DNA of 40,811 nucleotides from an uncultured Candidatus Saccharibacteria bacterium (lineage in GTDB: Bacteria; Patescibacteriota; Saccharimonadia; Saccharimonadales; CAZLTB01), in the NCBI GenBank assembly GCA_964562505.1, contig CAZLTB010000004.1, positions 1-40,811 of the forward strand, given 5' to 3'. Each line of letters begins with the position of its first letter. Position 1 is the stretch's first letter. The position numbers and the translations under genes are program-made. Under the pieces are notes generated by a model. It saw only the letters and a program-made list of their open reading frames with translations, was not told the origin of the DNA and did no database searches. Below, piece after piece: positions 9,249-21,707 of the stretch.

Positions 9249-9554
9249 ATGAGGAAAGCCGCCGCCAAGAAGACGACGTCTATTGAAGACATGGAACGCT
9301 CCATGGCTGTGATGGCTGCACGCCAGGATTTTCTGAATGCAGCTCTCAATATGAGCTGGCAATTGGCTCTGACAATCTTGGTACCTGTATTCATTGGTAC
9401 TAAACTAGATGCTCACTTTCATAGCTCTCCATCTTATACGTTAGCATCACTAGTCATAGCTGTAGCTCTGGCGGTAGCGGTGGTCGCCAAAACACTTAAA
9501 GGAGTTGCAAAGAATCAAGCCGAAGACAAAGATAAGGAGAAGTCTACAGAATGA
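9249..9554 (+). CDS. atpI: ATP synthase protein I (AtpZ/gene 1 type, 2 TM)
   Basis: Two TM helices, G..LD..F motif, first gene of atp operon. Confidence 0.75.
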   Translation: MRKAAAKKTTSIEDMERSMAVMAARQDFLNAALNMSWQLALTILVPVFIGTKLDAHFHSSPSYTLASLVIAVALAVAVVAKTLKGVAKNQAEDKDKEKSTE

Positions 9555-10378
9555 TGAACTTGTTTAGCCTGGTGGCGACTGAGTCTGGCCCCAGCGTACA
9601 CATTGCGCCTGGTGGGCTTTTTGAATTGAACGGGTTCACTGTAACCAATTCGATGGTTTTTGCCTGGGTTTGTTCCCTGTTTCTTATTGGCCTGTTTGCA
9701 ATCATAGCTAAACGTATGACGATGAGACCCAAAGGCGGGTTTACGCAGATTGTTGAGGTCGGGACAGAATTTATCGTCGGTGTGGTCGAAGGCAGTCTGG
9801 GAGACCGAGCCAAAGCCGTACAGTATGCACCTTACTTTGCGACGATATTTTTCTTTGTAGCATTTAGTAACATACTTGGACTATTACCGGGAGTTGGCGA
9901 GGCTTTTACTTATAATGGAACACCTGTTTTCAGGGCCTTTACAGCGGACCTTAACGGCACGCTTGCCGCAGCAGTAATCTCAATGGTTTTGATTCAATAT
10001 TTTGCTATTCGCGAATCAGAACCAGTGCGGCATTTGCGCCATTATTTTGCTGGTAAACTTTGGAATCCGCTCACTTATGTTGTCGGCCTCTACGAAGTAT
10101 TCAACGAGCTTATCAGGGTTTTTAGCTTAGCACTTCGATTGTTCCTTAACATTGCCATTGGTGAAATTATTATTTCGGTTTTTGCCTATCTTGGTAAATT
10201 CGCTGCGCCCATAACTGCCTTTCCGTTTTTGATTCTGGAACTAGGTGTCTGTTTATTACAGGCTTATATTTTTGTTATGCTGTCCGTTACTTACCTTTCA
10301 TTAGCAGTAAAGCACGGTCACGACGACGCTGAAGCGCTGGAGTCAACCGCTAAGAATGTTGAGGCCCAGGTATCATGA
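9551..10378 (+). CDS. atpB: ATP synthase Fo subunit a
   Basis: TADLN, SLALRLFLNI with essential Arg, LQAYIFVML. Confidence 0.96.
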   Translation: MMNLFSLVATESGPSVHIAPGGLFELNGFTVTNSMVFAWVCSLFLIGLFAIIAKRMTMRPKGGFTQIVEVGTEFIVGVVEGSLGDRAKAVQYAPYFATIFFFVAFSNILGLLPGVGEAFTYNGTPVFRAFTADLNGTLAAAVISMVLIQYFAIRESEPVRHLRHYFAGKLWNPLTYVVGLYEVFNELIRVFSLALRLFLNIAIGEIIISVFAYLGKFAAPITAFPFLILELGVCLLQAYIFVMLSVTYLSLAVKHGHDDAEALESTAKNVEAQVS

Positions 10379-10422
10379 ATGTGACTATATCAATTAATAA
10401 CGTAAATTAAGGGAGATAAAGC

Positions 10423-10656
10423 ATGTTTTATTTAGGAGAACTAACAGGTAACGTAGAGGTCATCGGTAAAGGCATCATGCTTGGTGCCGGCATGATAGGC
10501 CCAGGCATCGGTGTTGGCCTGATCGGTAACGCTTTTATGAATGCCGTCGGCCGAAACCCAGAATCAGCAAAATTCCTAGGCCAGATCCTGGTGTTCGTTG
10601 CTATCGTTGAGCTTATGGCGCTACTAGTGTTCGCTTCACTTTTCATCATCAAATAA
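10423..10656 (+). CDS. atpE: ATP synthase Fo subunit c (H+-type signature)
   Basis: GxGxG helix, GRNP loop, Glu in IVELM; lacks the Q...ES/T Na+ signature. Confidence 0.96.
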   Translation: MFYLGELTGNVEVIGKGIMLGAGMIGPGIGVGLIGNAFMNAVGRNPESAKFLGQILVFVAIVELMALLVFASLFIIK

Positions 10657-10675
10657 ATCGGAGCAAAGGACGTAC

Positions 10676-11209
10676 ATGGTTCAGTTCATTTTTGCTGCAG
10701 AAGAGGCTCAAACTTCAGGTATTGGTGCATTGGGTATTAGCCCAGGCGCATTTATCATACAGTTACTTACTTTTCTAATAGTTTTCGCCTTGCTTAAGAA
10801 ATATGCTTTTAAGCCGATTGTTCGCCTGCTCGAAGAGCGCCGTAAAGTTATAGATGAAGGTGTAAAGGCCGGACAGGAGATGGCAAAGGAGCGCGAAAAA
10901 CTTGAGGATGACGTAGCAAAGGTCATGCGCGACACTCGCATAGAAGCAGACCACATAATTGCAACCGGACATAAAGAGGCCCGCGAAATTATACGTGAAG
11001 CTGAGAAGAATGCTCAACGCAAGGTTGACTCAATGATGACGGACGCTGAAGAACGTATTGCTGAGGAATCAGAGCAAGCTCGCAAAAAACTTGAAAAAGA
11101 AATAGTCGGCTTGGTATCCGAAGCAACTGAAGCAATCGTCGGTGAGAAAGTCGACACTAAAAAAGACGCCGAAATTATAGAAAAAGCTTTGAAGGGTCGT
11201 AATAAATGA
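10676..11209 (+). CDS. atpF: ATP synthase Fo subunit b
   Basis: TM, KPI..LEERR, long charged helix. Confidence 0.95.
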   Translation: MVQFIFAAEEAQTSGIGALGISPGAFIIQLLTFLIVFALLKKYAFKPIVRLLEERRKVIDEGVKAGQEMAKEREKLEDDVAKVMRDTRIEADHIIATGHKEAREIIREAEKNAQRKVDSMMTDAEERIAEESEQARKKLEKEIVGLVSEATEAIVGEKVDTKKDAEIIEKALKGRNK

Positions 11210-11607
11210 TTCCGAGAAGTGACCTTGCGACAATATTGGGCGAACGTACTTTACATGTTGAGGATGTTCGCACACTTGCCGGAGCTATTGCTGCTTATTT
11301 GCTTGAAGAACGACGGACGCATGATCTCGAGTCACTAATCCGAGATATTATGCAATATAGAATTGATCACGGCATAGTTGAGGTTGATGTAGTTAGTGCT
11401 CACGAATTACCTGAGCACATAATTGCTGATGTCAAAGATATTTTAAAGCGAGATTATCCTCACGCTAAAGAGACTGAAATTGATACTGACATCAAGCCCG
11501 AGGTGATTGGCGGTGTGCGCATCGAATTGCCGAACGAGCAGCTTGATATGACCGTTAAAGCCAAGCTCGATACTTTTAAGCGACTGAGTAACGGAGGTGC
11601 TGCATGA
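11206..11607 (+). CDS. atpH: ATP synthase F1 subunit delta (short form)
   Basis: [25 protein letters not shown]; operon position. Confidence 0.9.
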   Translation: MIPRSDLATILGERTLHVEDVRTLAGAIAAYLLEERRTHDLESLIRDIMQYRIDHGIVEVDVVSAHELPEHIIADVKDILKRDYPHAKETEIDTDIKPEVIGGVRIELPNEQLDMTVKAKLDTFKRLSNGGAA

Positions 11608-13178
11608 GCCCCAAAGACATCTCCATAAAGGACTTATCAGATGAAATCCGGGCAGCCATCAATGAATTAAAAGCTCGTCCCGAAATTGAAAATACAGGTG
11701 TTGTTACTCGCATTGGCGACGGTGTGGTCTGGATATACGGCCTAACCAAAGCTGGCTATAACGAGATGCTTGAAATCACTGCAACCGACGGCACGGCAAT
11801 TACAGCATTTGCTTTTAACCTAGGCGAAGATGAGATTGGCGCTGTGCTTCTAGGCGATGACACACTGGTTAAGGCAGGCGCAACGGTCAAGCTAACTGGC
11901 AAAGTGCTTGAAGTGCCGGTGGGTCCTCAGCTTGTTGGAAGGGTTGTCGATCCATTGGGTCGTCCGCTTGACGGAAAAGGCGCTGTTAAGACAACAAAAA
12001 CTGCTCGTGTGGAACGTACTGCACCAGGTGTATTAGATAGAAAAAGCGTGCACGAGCCGTTGATGACGGGCATTACCGCAATTGACGCTATGGTGCCGAT
12101 TGGCCGAGGGCAGCGTGAGCTTATCATTGGTGATCGCCAGACCGGTAAGACGGCAGTAACGGTCGATACTATGATTAATCAACAGCGACAGAACTCAGGC
12201 GTAATAAATATTTACGTGGCTGTTGGCCAAAAGCTTAGTAAAGTTGCACGGTTAGTTGAGCGGTTGAAGCGCGAAGGCGTTATGGAGCAAACCATCGTGG
12301 TTGCTACTAGTGCTGCCGATCCAGCCAGCCTTCAATATCTAGCACCTTACGCCGGCTGTACAATGGGTGAATATTTTCGTGATAATAAACAGCACGCTCT
12401 GATTATCTATGACGATCTAACTAAGCACGCTGCAGCTTATCGACAGATGTCTTTGTTGCTTCGCCGCCCGCCCGGGCGTGAAGCTTATCCTGGTGATGTT
12501 TTCTATCTGCACTCCCGCCTGCTTGAGCGCGCGGCAAAGCTCAGCGATGAGCTTGGAGCTGGCTCTCTCACTGCTCTGCCGATAATTGAAACCCAGGCTG
12601 GTGACATTAGCGCCTACATTCCAACCAACGTGATCTCGATAACTGACGGCCAGATTTTCATGGAAACTGATTTGTTCTACCAGGGTATCCGACCAGCTAT
12701 TTCAGTCGGGCTATCCGTGTCACGTGTAGGTGGTAATGCTCAGACCAAAGCTGTAAAGAGTGTGGCTAAATCGCTTCGTATTGACTTAGCTCAGTTCCGC
12801 GAGCTAGCCGCCTTTAGCCAGTTTTCGACTGATCTCGACGCTGAAACTAGACAGCGAATTGAGCGTGGTCAACGTCTGACGGAACTGTTAAAGCAACCGC
12901 AATATAGTCCACTATCTATTTGGCAAATGTACGCCACTCTATTGGCGGCAACCGAAGGTGCTTTTGACACAGTACCTCTCGATAAGGCCAAGTTGGCAGA
13001 AGCTAATCTATTACGCGAGCTCAAGCACGATCATGGCAAAGTTGTTGAGAATATTAACTCTGGTGATGAGCCGGATGACAAGACCAAGAAAATGATTGTC
13101 GACCTTGCAAAGAAGATTGCCCATTCCTACAAACCGGAAGAAGCTAAGTCAACGGGAGCGCAAAAGACTAATGGCTAA
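11604..13178 (+). CDS. atpA: ATP synthase F1 subunit alpha
   Basis: [29 protein letters not shown]. Confidence 0.99.
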   Translation: MSPKDISIKDLSDEIRAAINELKARPEIENTGVVTRIGDGVVWIYGLTKAGYNEMLEITATDGTAITAFAFNLGEDEIGAVLLGDDTLVKAGATVKLTGKVLEVPVGPQLVGRVVDPLGRPLDGKGAVKTTKTARVERTAPGVLDRKSVHEPLMTGITAIDAMVPIGRGQRELIIGDRQTGKTAVTVDTMINQQRQNSGVINIYVAVGQKLSKVARLVERLKREGVMEQTIVVATSAADPASLQYLAPYAGCTMGEYFRDNKQHALIIYDDLTKHAAAYRQMSLLLRRPPGREAYPGDVFYLHSRLLERAAKLSDELGAGSLTALPIIETQAGDISAYIPTNVISITDGQIFMETDLFYQGIRPAISVGLSVSRVGGNAQTKAVKSVAKSLRIDLAQFRELAAFSQFSTDLDAETRQRIERGQRLTELLKQPQYSPLSIWQMYATLLAATEGAFDTVPLDKAKLAEANLLRELKHDHGKVVENINSGDEPDDKTKKMIVDLAKKIAHSYKPEEAKSTGAQKTNG

Positions 13179-14043
13179 TACTATTACCTTAAAGCGCAGG
13201 ATTGGTTCTGTCAGGAATACAAAGCAGATTACTAAAGCTATGGAGCTTGTCGCCGCTAGCAAAATGCGCCGTGCGCAGGAATATGCCAAGGGTGGCCGGG
13301 CTTACCGCCAAGCTGCTTATTCCCTGCTAACTCGCCTCGGCACAATTACTGAAATTAACGAGCATCCATTGTTCACTGAACGTGACGTCAAGACAAGGTT
13401 GTACGTAGTGATTACCAGCAACCGAGGCTTGGCTGGAGCATATAACTCTAATATCCTTCGTGTATTATCTAAATCCATTCTGGATGATAGGAAATCAGGT
13501 ATAAAAAGTCAGGTCATCGCGGTCGGTAAGCAAGGAGCTAACTTCACGCGCCGTCTTCAAGGTGTGGAACTGATTGCTGCTTATACTGAGTTTAGCGACC
13601 ACCCTTCAGCGAATGATATAAGGCCGATTTTAAACACGTTGGTCGAACTATATTCGTCTAAAGAAATCGATAACGTTAAGCTACTTTATACTGAATTCAA
13701 ATCAAATCTAGTGCAGCTGGCTACTGAATTGTCCCTGTTGCCTGCTCGCTTCGAAGCAGTTGAAGGCGAGAAAACCGAGTCACTGATGAACGTAACATTT
13801 GAGCCGTCAGTTGAAGCGGTGCTTGATAATGTCACAGCTCGGCTGTTGGAAGTTCAAATTTGGCAAGCGATGCTCGAATCAATTGCTTCTGAGCACTCAA
13901 TGCGTATGTTGGCTATGAAAAATGCCACTGACAATGCTTCAGATCTAATCGACGATCTAACGCTGGCATTTAACACCGCCCGCCAGGCTGCAATTACTCA
14001 GGAGCTAGCTGAGATAACCGGCGGGGCGGAGGCCATCAAATGA
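13171..14043 (+). CDS. atpG: ATP synthase F1 subunit gamma
   Basis: [25 protein letters not shown]; ATG 13171 is the likely start. Confidence 0.98.
   Translation: MANTITLKRRIGSVRNTKQITKAMELVAASKMRRAQEYAKGGRAYRQAAYSLLTRLGTITEINEHPLFTERDVKTRLYVVITSNRGLAGAYNSNILRVLSKSILDDRKSGIKSQVIAVGKQGANFTRRLQGVELIAAYTEFSDHPSANDIRPILNTLVELYSSKEIDNVKLLYTEFKSNLVQLATELSLLPARFEAVEGEKTESLMNVTFEPSVEAVLDNVTARLLEVQIWQAMLESIASEHSMRMLAMKNATDNASDLIDDLTLAFNTARQAAITQELAEITGGAEAIK
14026..14043 (+). repeat. 18-bp direct repeat, copy 1 (atpG 3' end)
   Basis: GCGGAGGCCATCAAATGA; 17/18 identical to 14457-14474. Confidence 0.85.
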
Positions 14044-14470
14044 CAATTCAAGCACCATCTGAGCTATCGGCTAGACAAGAGCAGCTTTTCCCCTTTATTG
14101 ACGTAGTGAGAGAAGAGCGATTACGTATGAGGAGCTTTATTGCTGAAGAGCTTACGGGTGCTGATATAAGTGGCGATGATGAAGTTATGTTAATTCATTC
14201 AGTTGATGTAATGGCGATAGCTGCTGAAAGCCTTGCCCAGACTATTGCGCGTAGCCGTGGCGATGTTGATGAAGATTCCAAGACATTTCTGGCTGAATCA
14301 ATTCTTGAAAAAATAAATAGCAAAGATGCAACGGGAGCATTTTTATTTGATCTTGATCATGAGCTTGAATGTATAGATAGAGTAGATGATGCTGTGGTAG
14401 ATATATTGTCCCAACGTGCTTTTGAATTAGCTAAGGCGGCTGTGGATGTGGTGCGCGCGGAGGCCATAAA

Positions 14471-14474
<4 letters not shown>
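14040..14474 (+). CDS. Acidic hypothetical protein inserted in atp operon
   Basis: ATGA overlap with atpG stop, GGAGG SD, 144 aa. Confidence 0.75.
14457..14474 (+). repeat. 18-bp direct repeat, copy 2
   Basis: GCGGAGGCCATAAAATGA. Confidence 0.85.
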
Positions 14475-16157
<1,683 letters not shown>

Positions 16158-16158
<1 letters not shown>

Positions 16159-16586
16159 TGATCCGCTTTGAGCTCGTATCGCTTGACGGTATTAAGTTCA
16201 GTGAAGATGTCTATGAGATCCTCTTGCCTACGCTCGATGGACAGATCGGTGTGATGCCCGGACACATGCCATTAATTAGCGTTGCAACTACCGGAGTAAT
16301 CAGCGTGCGCCGCAACTCTAATGACCGGGATGATATGATGGATAATTTTGCAATCAGCGGTGGCGTTATAGAGGTAGCCAACAATAAACTCAGCGTTCTA
16401 GTCGATGAGGCCGACCACGCAGACGAGATCAATGAAGCTGAAGCCCAGAAAGCCTTTGAGTTAGCAAAGAAGATGAAGCTCGAGGCCAAAGATCAGGTTT
16501 CACTTGAACATGCCCAGGGTCTTATAGACCGACATGCAGTGCGTCTCCAGGTGGCCGGATTGAAACGCCGACACCGTCGTAGCTAA
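16158..16586 (+). CDS. atpC: ATP synthase F1 subunit epsilon
   Basis: GQIGVMPGHMPL, ISGGVIEV. Confidence 0.96.
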
Positions 16587-16689
16587 ATTAGCTGGATTTT
16601 TAAAGACTCTTGCAATGAACTATTGATGAGAGTATATTACCTCAGTTAAATATATGTCACAGGCGAATTAAAAGAAAGAACATATAGGT

Positions 16690-17676
16690 ATGGAACGTGA
16701 AGAACGTATTGACTTTGATGCGCCTGAAAGGAGTGAACTGGTGCCTGAACTTGATATAACAAAAGTTGCCGACGGATTGGGGTTCGGAGCTGGCAGTATT
16801 TCCAATACCGAACGCCGGGACGTTACACCGGAAGTTCGACGTGAAGTAGAACAACTTATTTCTAGTCCTGACGTTTTGGTGCGTGTTGATAAAGATAAGA
16901 GCGGCAACATGTTGGATGATGATGGTTGTGGTGATGGCCGTTGGGTAAGACGTATATTTGAGGGGGTTGTTCAGCGCTTCAAATCATTAAATAGGACTAA
17001 AGTATTTGGCGGTGGCGCTACTATGGCTACAGCCAGTTTAATCGGACTTGGCAAGGCAACCGGCAATACTCTTAGGCAAACGTTCTCAGCAGGCATGAGT
17101 TTATTAAAAGAAAAACAGATTGGATATGGGGGTCATACTGATACACAGGCTCACGGTGATAATTGTGGCTGTGGGGCGATTGATAAAGCTCCGGTTATCG
17201 TGGCTAACGCCGTAAGGTTCGAAGAAAATATTCGTGACTCTTTGGCTCTCCTTGAAGTCGATAGTACAGGTCTCGAAGATGTGTTTGACGCGTATTCAGA
17301 CTATACCGAAGAGATTAAGGACCAGTTGTATAAAGGCAAAGATGTTATAGATGAGATCAAAGCCGATAACAGAATCGTCAAAGAACTTACTGATGACCAT
17401 AAAGAAATGTACATTGTCCTGAATATGGTCGAGGGTTTTACTGTCGACCAGAAGAAAGTGCGTGCTGTCAGTGGGGGCAAAGTCCAGGTATTTGCCGTTG
17501 ACGTTTGGCGCGTTAAGCAGCTGGCTGATCGTATGTATGACGGTGAGCCTGAAGATATTCGGCACAAAGCCTTTCTATCAGAGTTGGTTTACACTCTTGC
17601 CACAGCCGCCACCCTCACTAAGGGTGACCTTCCAGTCTACGCTGTTAAGAAGCAGCCTGATCTGGTAGCGGCGTAA
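16690..17676 (+). CDS. Putative carbonic anhydrase, zeta/CDCA-like
   Basis: CGDGR, FGGG, GGHTD and CGCGA give a Cys-His-Cys metal ligand pattern; own TTGCAA-17-TATATT promoter at 16610-16638. Confidence 0.6.
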   Translation: MEREERIDFDAPERSELVPELDITKVADGLGFGAGSISNTERRDVTPEVRREVEQLISSPDVLVRVDKDKSGNMLDDDGCGDGRWVRRIFEGVVQRFKSLNRTKVFGGGATMATASLIGLGKATGNTLRQTFSAGMSLLKEKQIGYGGHTDTQAHGDNCGCGAIDKAPVIVANAVRFEENIRDSLALLEVDSTGLEDVFDAYSDYTEEIKDQLYKGKDVIDEIKADNRIVKELTDDHKEMYIVLNMVEGFTVDQKKVRAVSGGKVQVFAVDVWRVKQLADRMYDGEPEDIRHKAFLSELVYTLATAATLTKGDLPVYAVKKQPDLVAA

Positions 17677-17734
17677 TCTATTTGAAAATCGGGGCCGTTA
17701 TATTATCCTTAATCTATAACTAAGGAGAATCCAA

Positions 17735-18394
17735 ATGTTTGGAAGAGCTAAGATTGCCATGATAGTGGCAGAGTTTATGGGTACCTTTGCGTTGGCAAGT
17801 ACCATTTTTGCGATGACGGGGCGGACTAATTTTCCCTTCTTCGCTGGGGCTGCTGCGGCTGTAACACTAGGTGTGATGGTAATAATCATGGGCAAAGCAT
17901 CGGACGTACATTTAAATCCTGCTCTGACAATCGCCCTATGGACTCAGCGCAAGATAAAAAGTTTAAACGCATTAGTGTATATAGTTGCTCAAATGCTTGG
18001 TGGATTGGTCGCATGGCAACTCAATCAATACCTTCTCAACCAGACTCTGAAAAATCTGGCCCCGAAAGTAGTTGATTGGCGTGTGCTGACCGCCGAAGCT
18101 GTAGGTACTTTTGTGTTTACGTTTGGCGTTGCCGCAGCTATCTACAGTCATTATGAGGGCTTAAAGCGTGCATTCACCATTGGCGCTTCACTTTTCGTGG
18201 GTATTTTAATTGCTTCATTTGGCTCTAACGGAGTGTTGAATCCAGCAGTTGCACTTGGGGTGCGTTCTTGGAGCGTGAGCTATGTAGCCGGCCCAGTCTT
18301 GGGGGCGCTCTTTGGAGTAGGTATATACAGCTTATTGCTAGCACCATTGTCTTCTTCAGGATTAGCTCCTAAGAAAACTTCTCGCAAGAAATAG
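17735..18394 (+). CDS. Aquaporin (MIP family)
   Basis: AEFMGT, HLNPA, AEAVGT, LNPA. Confidence 0.93.
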   Translation: MFGRAKIAMIVAEFMGTFALASTIFAMTGRTNFPFFAGAAAAVTLGVMVIIMGKASDVHLNPALTIALWTQRKIKSLNALVYIVAQMLGGLVAWQLNQYLLNQTLKNLAPKVVDWRVLTAEAVGTFVFTFGVAAAIYSHYEGLKRAFTIGASLFVGILIASFGSNGVLNPAVALGVRSWSVSYVAGPVLGALFGVGIYSLLLAPLSSSGLAPKKTSRKK

Positions 18395-18413
18395 TCTGGA
18401 CCGAGCCTAGCTT

Positions 18414-21400
18414 CTAGATCTTACCTGCTAACAGATCGTTTTCGAATGACTGTATGCCTTGATAGTTGTCAGAATATCTGGAAGTATCGGGAAAATTGAG
18501 CTCTATAATGTGCTGCCAAGCCGCAATTATGAGTTTGCGTAGGCGCTCTAGATTGGCAACATCAGCGTCCAGTTCTAGGCCGAGTTGTTTGGGTGTTTCG
18601 GCTTCTACGTAAAGCATCTGCATGGATATGTTCCGGGATTTCTCAAAACGCCCACTTTCTTGCACCAGAACGGCATAAAACAGCAATTGAGTACGATGGC
18701 GCCAAGCTTTGACCGCCTTAGTTTGGTCCCCTGTGGTGAAGCTGTGTAATGGCTTACCTGTTTTATAGTCACTGATTAATAAGTCACTTCCCAGCTTGTC
18801 GATGCGGTCGACCTTGCCGTTAATTCGTGCGGCACCGAGCGCTATGTTGCTCAACTGCTGTTCGGCCAGTCCGCCTTTCTTAATGGCGAGATGGCCTTCG
18901 CTCAGAAGCTTAGGCAACAATTCTTGGCCGCGGACAGAAAAGCGTTCATAATCCAACGGCGACAGATGCTCATCGCCAAGTGCTGCCTCAAAACGATCGA
19001 GTACCGTACCCGGCTCAAGCTTTGCGGTGTTGACTAGTCGCTGGGCCGTCTCCAGAGCAGCATGAATTGCAACGCCGTAACTGCCAACAGCCGAGCGCGG
19101 AGTTGGTATGCGCAGTAATTGGCGCTCCAAAAAGCTAGTCGGGCCAGCCTCGGCCACGTTTAAGAAGTCAATGAGTGCCGTAGGACTGAGCGAATACTTC
19201 TCTAACCTATCGCTGAGTAGCGCTTTTTCATTTTTGGTACTTAGCCGTGGCCAGTGTAGGTCGCCCTCTAGAACTTCAAGTGGCTTATCTGGCGGCTTTT
19301 TGATAACGGTTAGGGGCAAAGCAGCTAGTAGGGGCGTTGGTAGTAGCTCGTTGCCGTTTGTATCTGTGAAGTAGCTAGTTGCAATGAAGGTCCGTTTCGC
19401 CCGGGTGGCGGCTACGTAAAGTAAGCGGATGTAGTCGTCGTCCTTCTCGCCATAGGATTGTAGCTGCAGGTTTGCCGGTGAGGACCGACCACCGACCCGG
19501 GGCCGCCACATGCTCTCTACCCCGTCTACCACAAAGACGTGCTCAAACTCCAAGCCCTTGGCCTTATAGACAGTCAGCAGCTGCACGGCTTGTTCGCCAC
19601 TCATAAACCATGACTCATCGGCGATTACTCGCTTCGTACTTAGGTTAAGCTCTATAAATCTTACGAAATCTGCCAATGTGGATTCATCGTGCGAAAATTC
19701 CTGGACTAATCCCCTTAGTAGTTCAATTGCCGATAAAGTCTCAAGGTATTCGCTGGTTACTGGACGCATACTCAGGTAGTACTTACGGAATGGGCTGGTT
19801 AGGTATTTGCCTGGGTAAAGACCCAAGATATTTTCCATAACTACTGGCAATGGTTGGTCGTGGCTACCGCGCGCTAGCTCTATCAGCCAGTTGCCTATTG
19901 CATTCAATTGCTTGTCGCTGTGGCTAAGTAGACTATCCAGCCAATCACGCGAGCTGTAATTAGCAGTAGCTAGCTTCCATAGACTATTTGGGCTAAGTTG
20001 CCACATGGGGTGGCGTACCAGCTGGGAAATCCCGACATTAACGGCTGGCTTATCGCCTTGAGCGATGGCCACAGCCAGGCCTGCAATCAAGTATGCGTGC
20101 TTGACGGCTTCGTGTTCCAGTACATTGCTACGCTGGTCATAGCGTACCAGCAAACCTTTGCGCAATAGGATACTAGCCAGTTGGCGCAGACTATCATGTT
20201 TACGAGCTAAAACAGCAATGTCTCGCTCACCACTATTCCAAAGCTCCTTAATGCGGCTGGCAAGTGCTGTCTGCTGATGTTCGCGGGTTGGATAACTCAA
20301 ATGACCGATATCTATTTTGCCTTTTGGTGCGTTTTGAGCGCGTAAGTTCTTTGTAATTGATGACTCGCGTTTTATTAGCCGATCTTTAGCTTGTTCAATG
20401 ATTTGTTTGGATGTATCGAGAACGGCCTGCGCTGAACGGTAATTTTCTTCCAAGACGACTAATTTGGTGTCAGGATAGCTGCGACGAAAGCTGAGCATAT
20501 TGTTCAACTCTGCCCCATTAAAGGCAAAAATCGACTGATCATCGTCACCTACGGCCATCAGATTCGGTCTGTTATTGGCGGCGAAGTGATCGGCCACTTG
20601 GTGCGCCAAGCGCAGCTGAGCAGCATTTGTGTCTTGGAACTCGTCTATCAAGACATACAGGAATCGTTCTTGGATGTCGGCGCGCATGTCTGGCCTCTTC
20701 TGAAGCTGGTCCAAGACCTCAATTAACATGTCGGAGTAATCATAATAGCCGCGCCTATGAAGGCGATCACGATACTGTTCGTAGACATCAGATACAGCCA
20801 GCCACCAATTGTTGCGTTTACGCTCAACAAACATGCCCTTCTTGCTATCAATAGTCTGGACCCAACGCTTCTTCCACTTGCCTGTTTCGATGGTTTTACT
20901 GGTTGAGCTGTCTTGTTCAATGGCATATTCCAGGCTTTCGCGCATAATTGTGTCGAGCGGCAACAAGAGGCTATCTTTTCCTAGTTTCTGCTGTGGTATC
21001 TGGGCAATGCCTTCACGCAAGCTGTCTAGTTTTTGAGCGCTCAAGACTGGGGTCAAAAGGTCAACAAGACTTTTTTCAATTTTATCGATATAGACGATAT
21101 TGCGTTTAATAACTTCCCGCAGCTGCCCGGGCGTTAAACCAGCTTCTTTAGCCAGCTTAAGGGCATTTCTTACGTCGTCTATTGCGGTAAAACTGCCGGC
21201 AAAAGTGCTCGCCAACGGATTAGTTTGTGGCAATGTACCAAGGATACTTTGAATGATTTCCAGCTGTACGGCATCTGGTGCCACGCTCAACCTGGCTCCC
21301 TCCCAGAAATAATCCGGATATTGATTCATAATTTCGGCCGCAAAGCTGTGGAATGTACGAACCACGACATGTCGCGAAGCAGGTCCAACCAGCTCGTACA

Positions 21401-21623
21401 GGCGTTCACGCATATTAGTAGCGGCTTTATTAGTGAATGTTAAACATAGAATACTGCTGGCGTCGGTGTCGGTCTTTTGCAAGATATTAGCCACTCGCAG
21501 ACTGAGCAGCTGTGTCTTACCGGTGCCAGGTCCAGCAATTACTAACAACGGTCCATCAATCATATCAACGGCTTTGCGCTGGGATGGGTTCAGCTCTTTG
21601 TAGGCTTTTTCAAAACTTTTCAC
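18414..21623 (-). CDS. UvrD/PcrA-family helicase fused to C-terminal PD-(D/E)XK nuclease (AddA/RecB-like)
   Basis: AGPGTGKT, DEFQD, VGDDDQSIF, KAKGLEF, YVAATRA, GKVDRID..DYKTG. Confidence 0.93.
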   Translation of the reverse strand: MKSFEKAYKELNPSQRKAVDMIDGPLLVIAGPGTGKTQLLSLRVANILQKTDTDASSILCLTFTNKAATNMRERLYELVGPASRHVVVRTFHSFAAEIMNQYPDYFWEGARLSVAPDAVQLEIIQSILGTLPQTNPLASTFAGSFTAIDDVRNALKLAKEAGLTPGQLREVIKRNIVYIDKIEKSLVDLLTPVLSAQKLDSLREGIAQIPQQKLGKDSLLLPLDTIMRESLEYAIEQDSSTSKTIETGKWKKRWVQTIDSKKGMFVERKRNNWWLAVSDVYEQYRDRLHRRGYYDYSDMLIEVLDQLQKRPDMRADIQERFLYVLIDEFQDTNAAQLRLAHQVADHFAANNRPNLMAVGDDDQSIFAFNGAELNNMLSFRRSYPDTKLVVLEENYRSAQAVLDTSKQIIEQAKDRLIKRESSITKNLRAQNAPKGKIDIGHLSYPTREHQQTALASRIKELWNSGERDIAVLARKHDSLRQLASILLRKGLLVRYDQRSNVLEHEAVKHAYLIAGLAVAIAQGDKPAVNVGISQLVRHPMWQLSPNSLWKLATANYSSRDWLDSLLSHSDKQLNAIGNWLIELARGSHDQPLPVVMENILGLYPGKYLTSPFRKYYLSMRPVTSEYLETLSAIELLRGLVQEFSHDESTLADFVRFIELNLSTKRVIADESWFMSGEQAVQLLTVYKAKGLEFEHVFVVDGVESMWRPRVGGRSSPANLQLQSYGEKDDDYIRLLYVAATRAKRTFIATSYFTDTNGNELLPTPLLAALPLTVIKKPPDKPLEVLEGDLHWPRLSTKNEKALLSDRLEKYSLSPTALIDFLNVAEAGPTSFLERQLLRIPTPRSAVGSYGVAIHAALETAQRLVNTAKLEPGTVLDRFEAALGDEHLSPLDYERFSVRGQELLPKLLSEGHLAIKKGGLAEQQLSNIALGAARINGKVDRIDKLGSDLLISDYKTGKPLHSFTTGDQTKAVKAWRHRTQLLFYAVLVQESGRFEKSRNISMQMLYVEAETPKQLGLELDADVANLERLRKLIIAAWQHIIELNFPDTSRYSDNYQGIQSFENDLLAGKI

Positions 21624-21707
21624 TGGCTATATTGTAACTTGATAAATTAACAAGAGATTTAAGACTTGCATGTTATATTCCAGTCGTTCTATTCTTTTAA
21701 CAGTTAA

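Noticed and set aside
13096-13170. N-terminal extensions in the ORF track for atpG (also VKOR 8487, GT2 5190, 3120, 30119)
   Set aside because: They overlap neighbouring genes or promoters; downstream starts fit family N-termini and promoter positions better
16646-16661. TCACA half-site upstream of the carbonic anhydrase-like gene; also TGTGA at 23550
   Set aside because: The other half-site does not match, so too weak to call a Crp box
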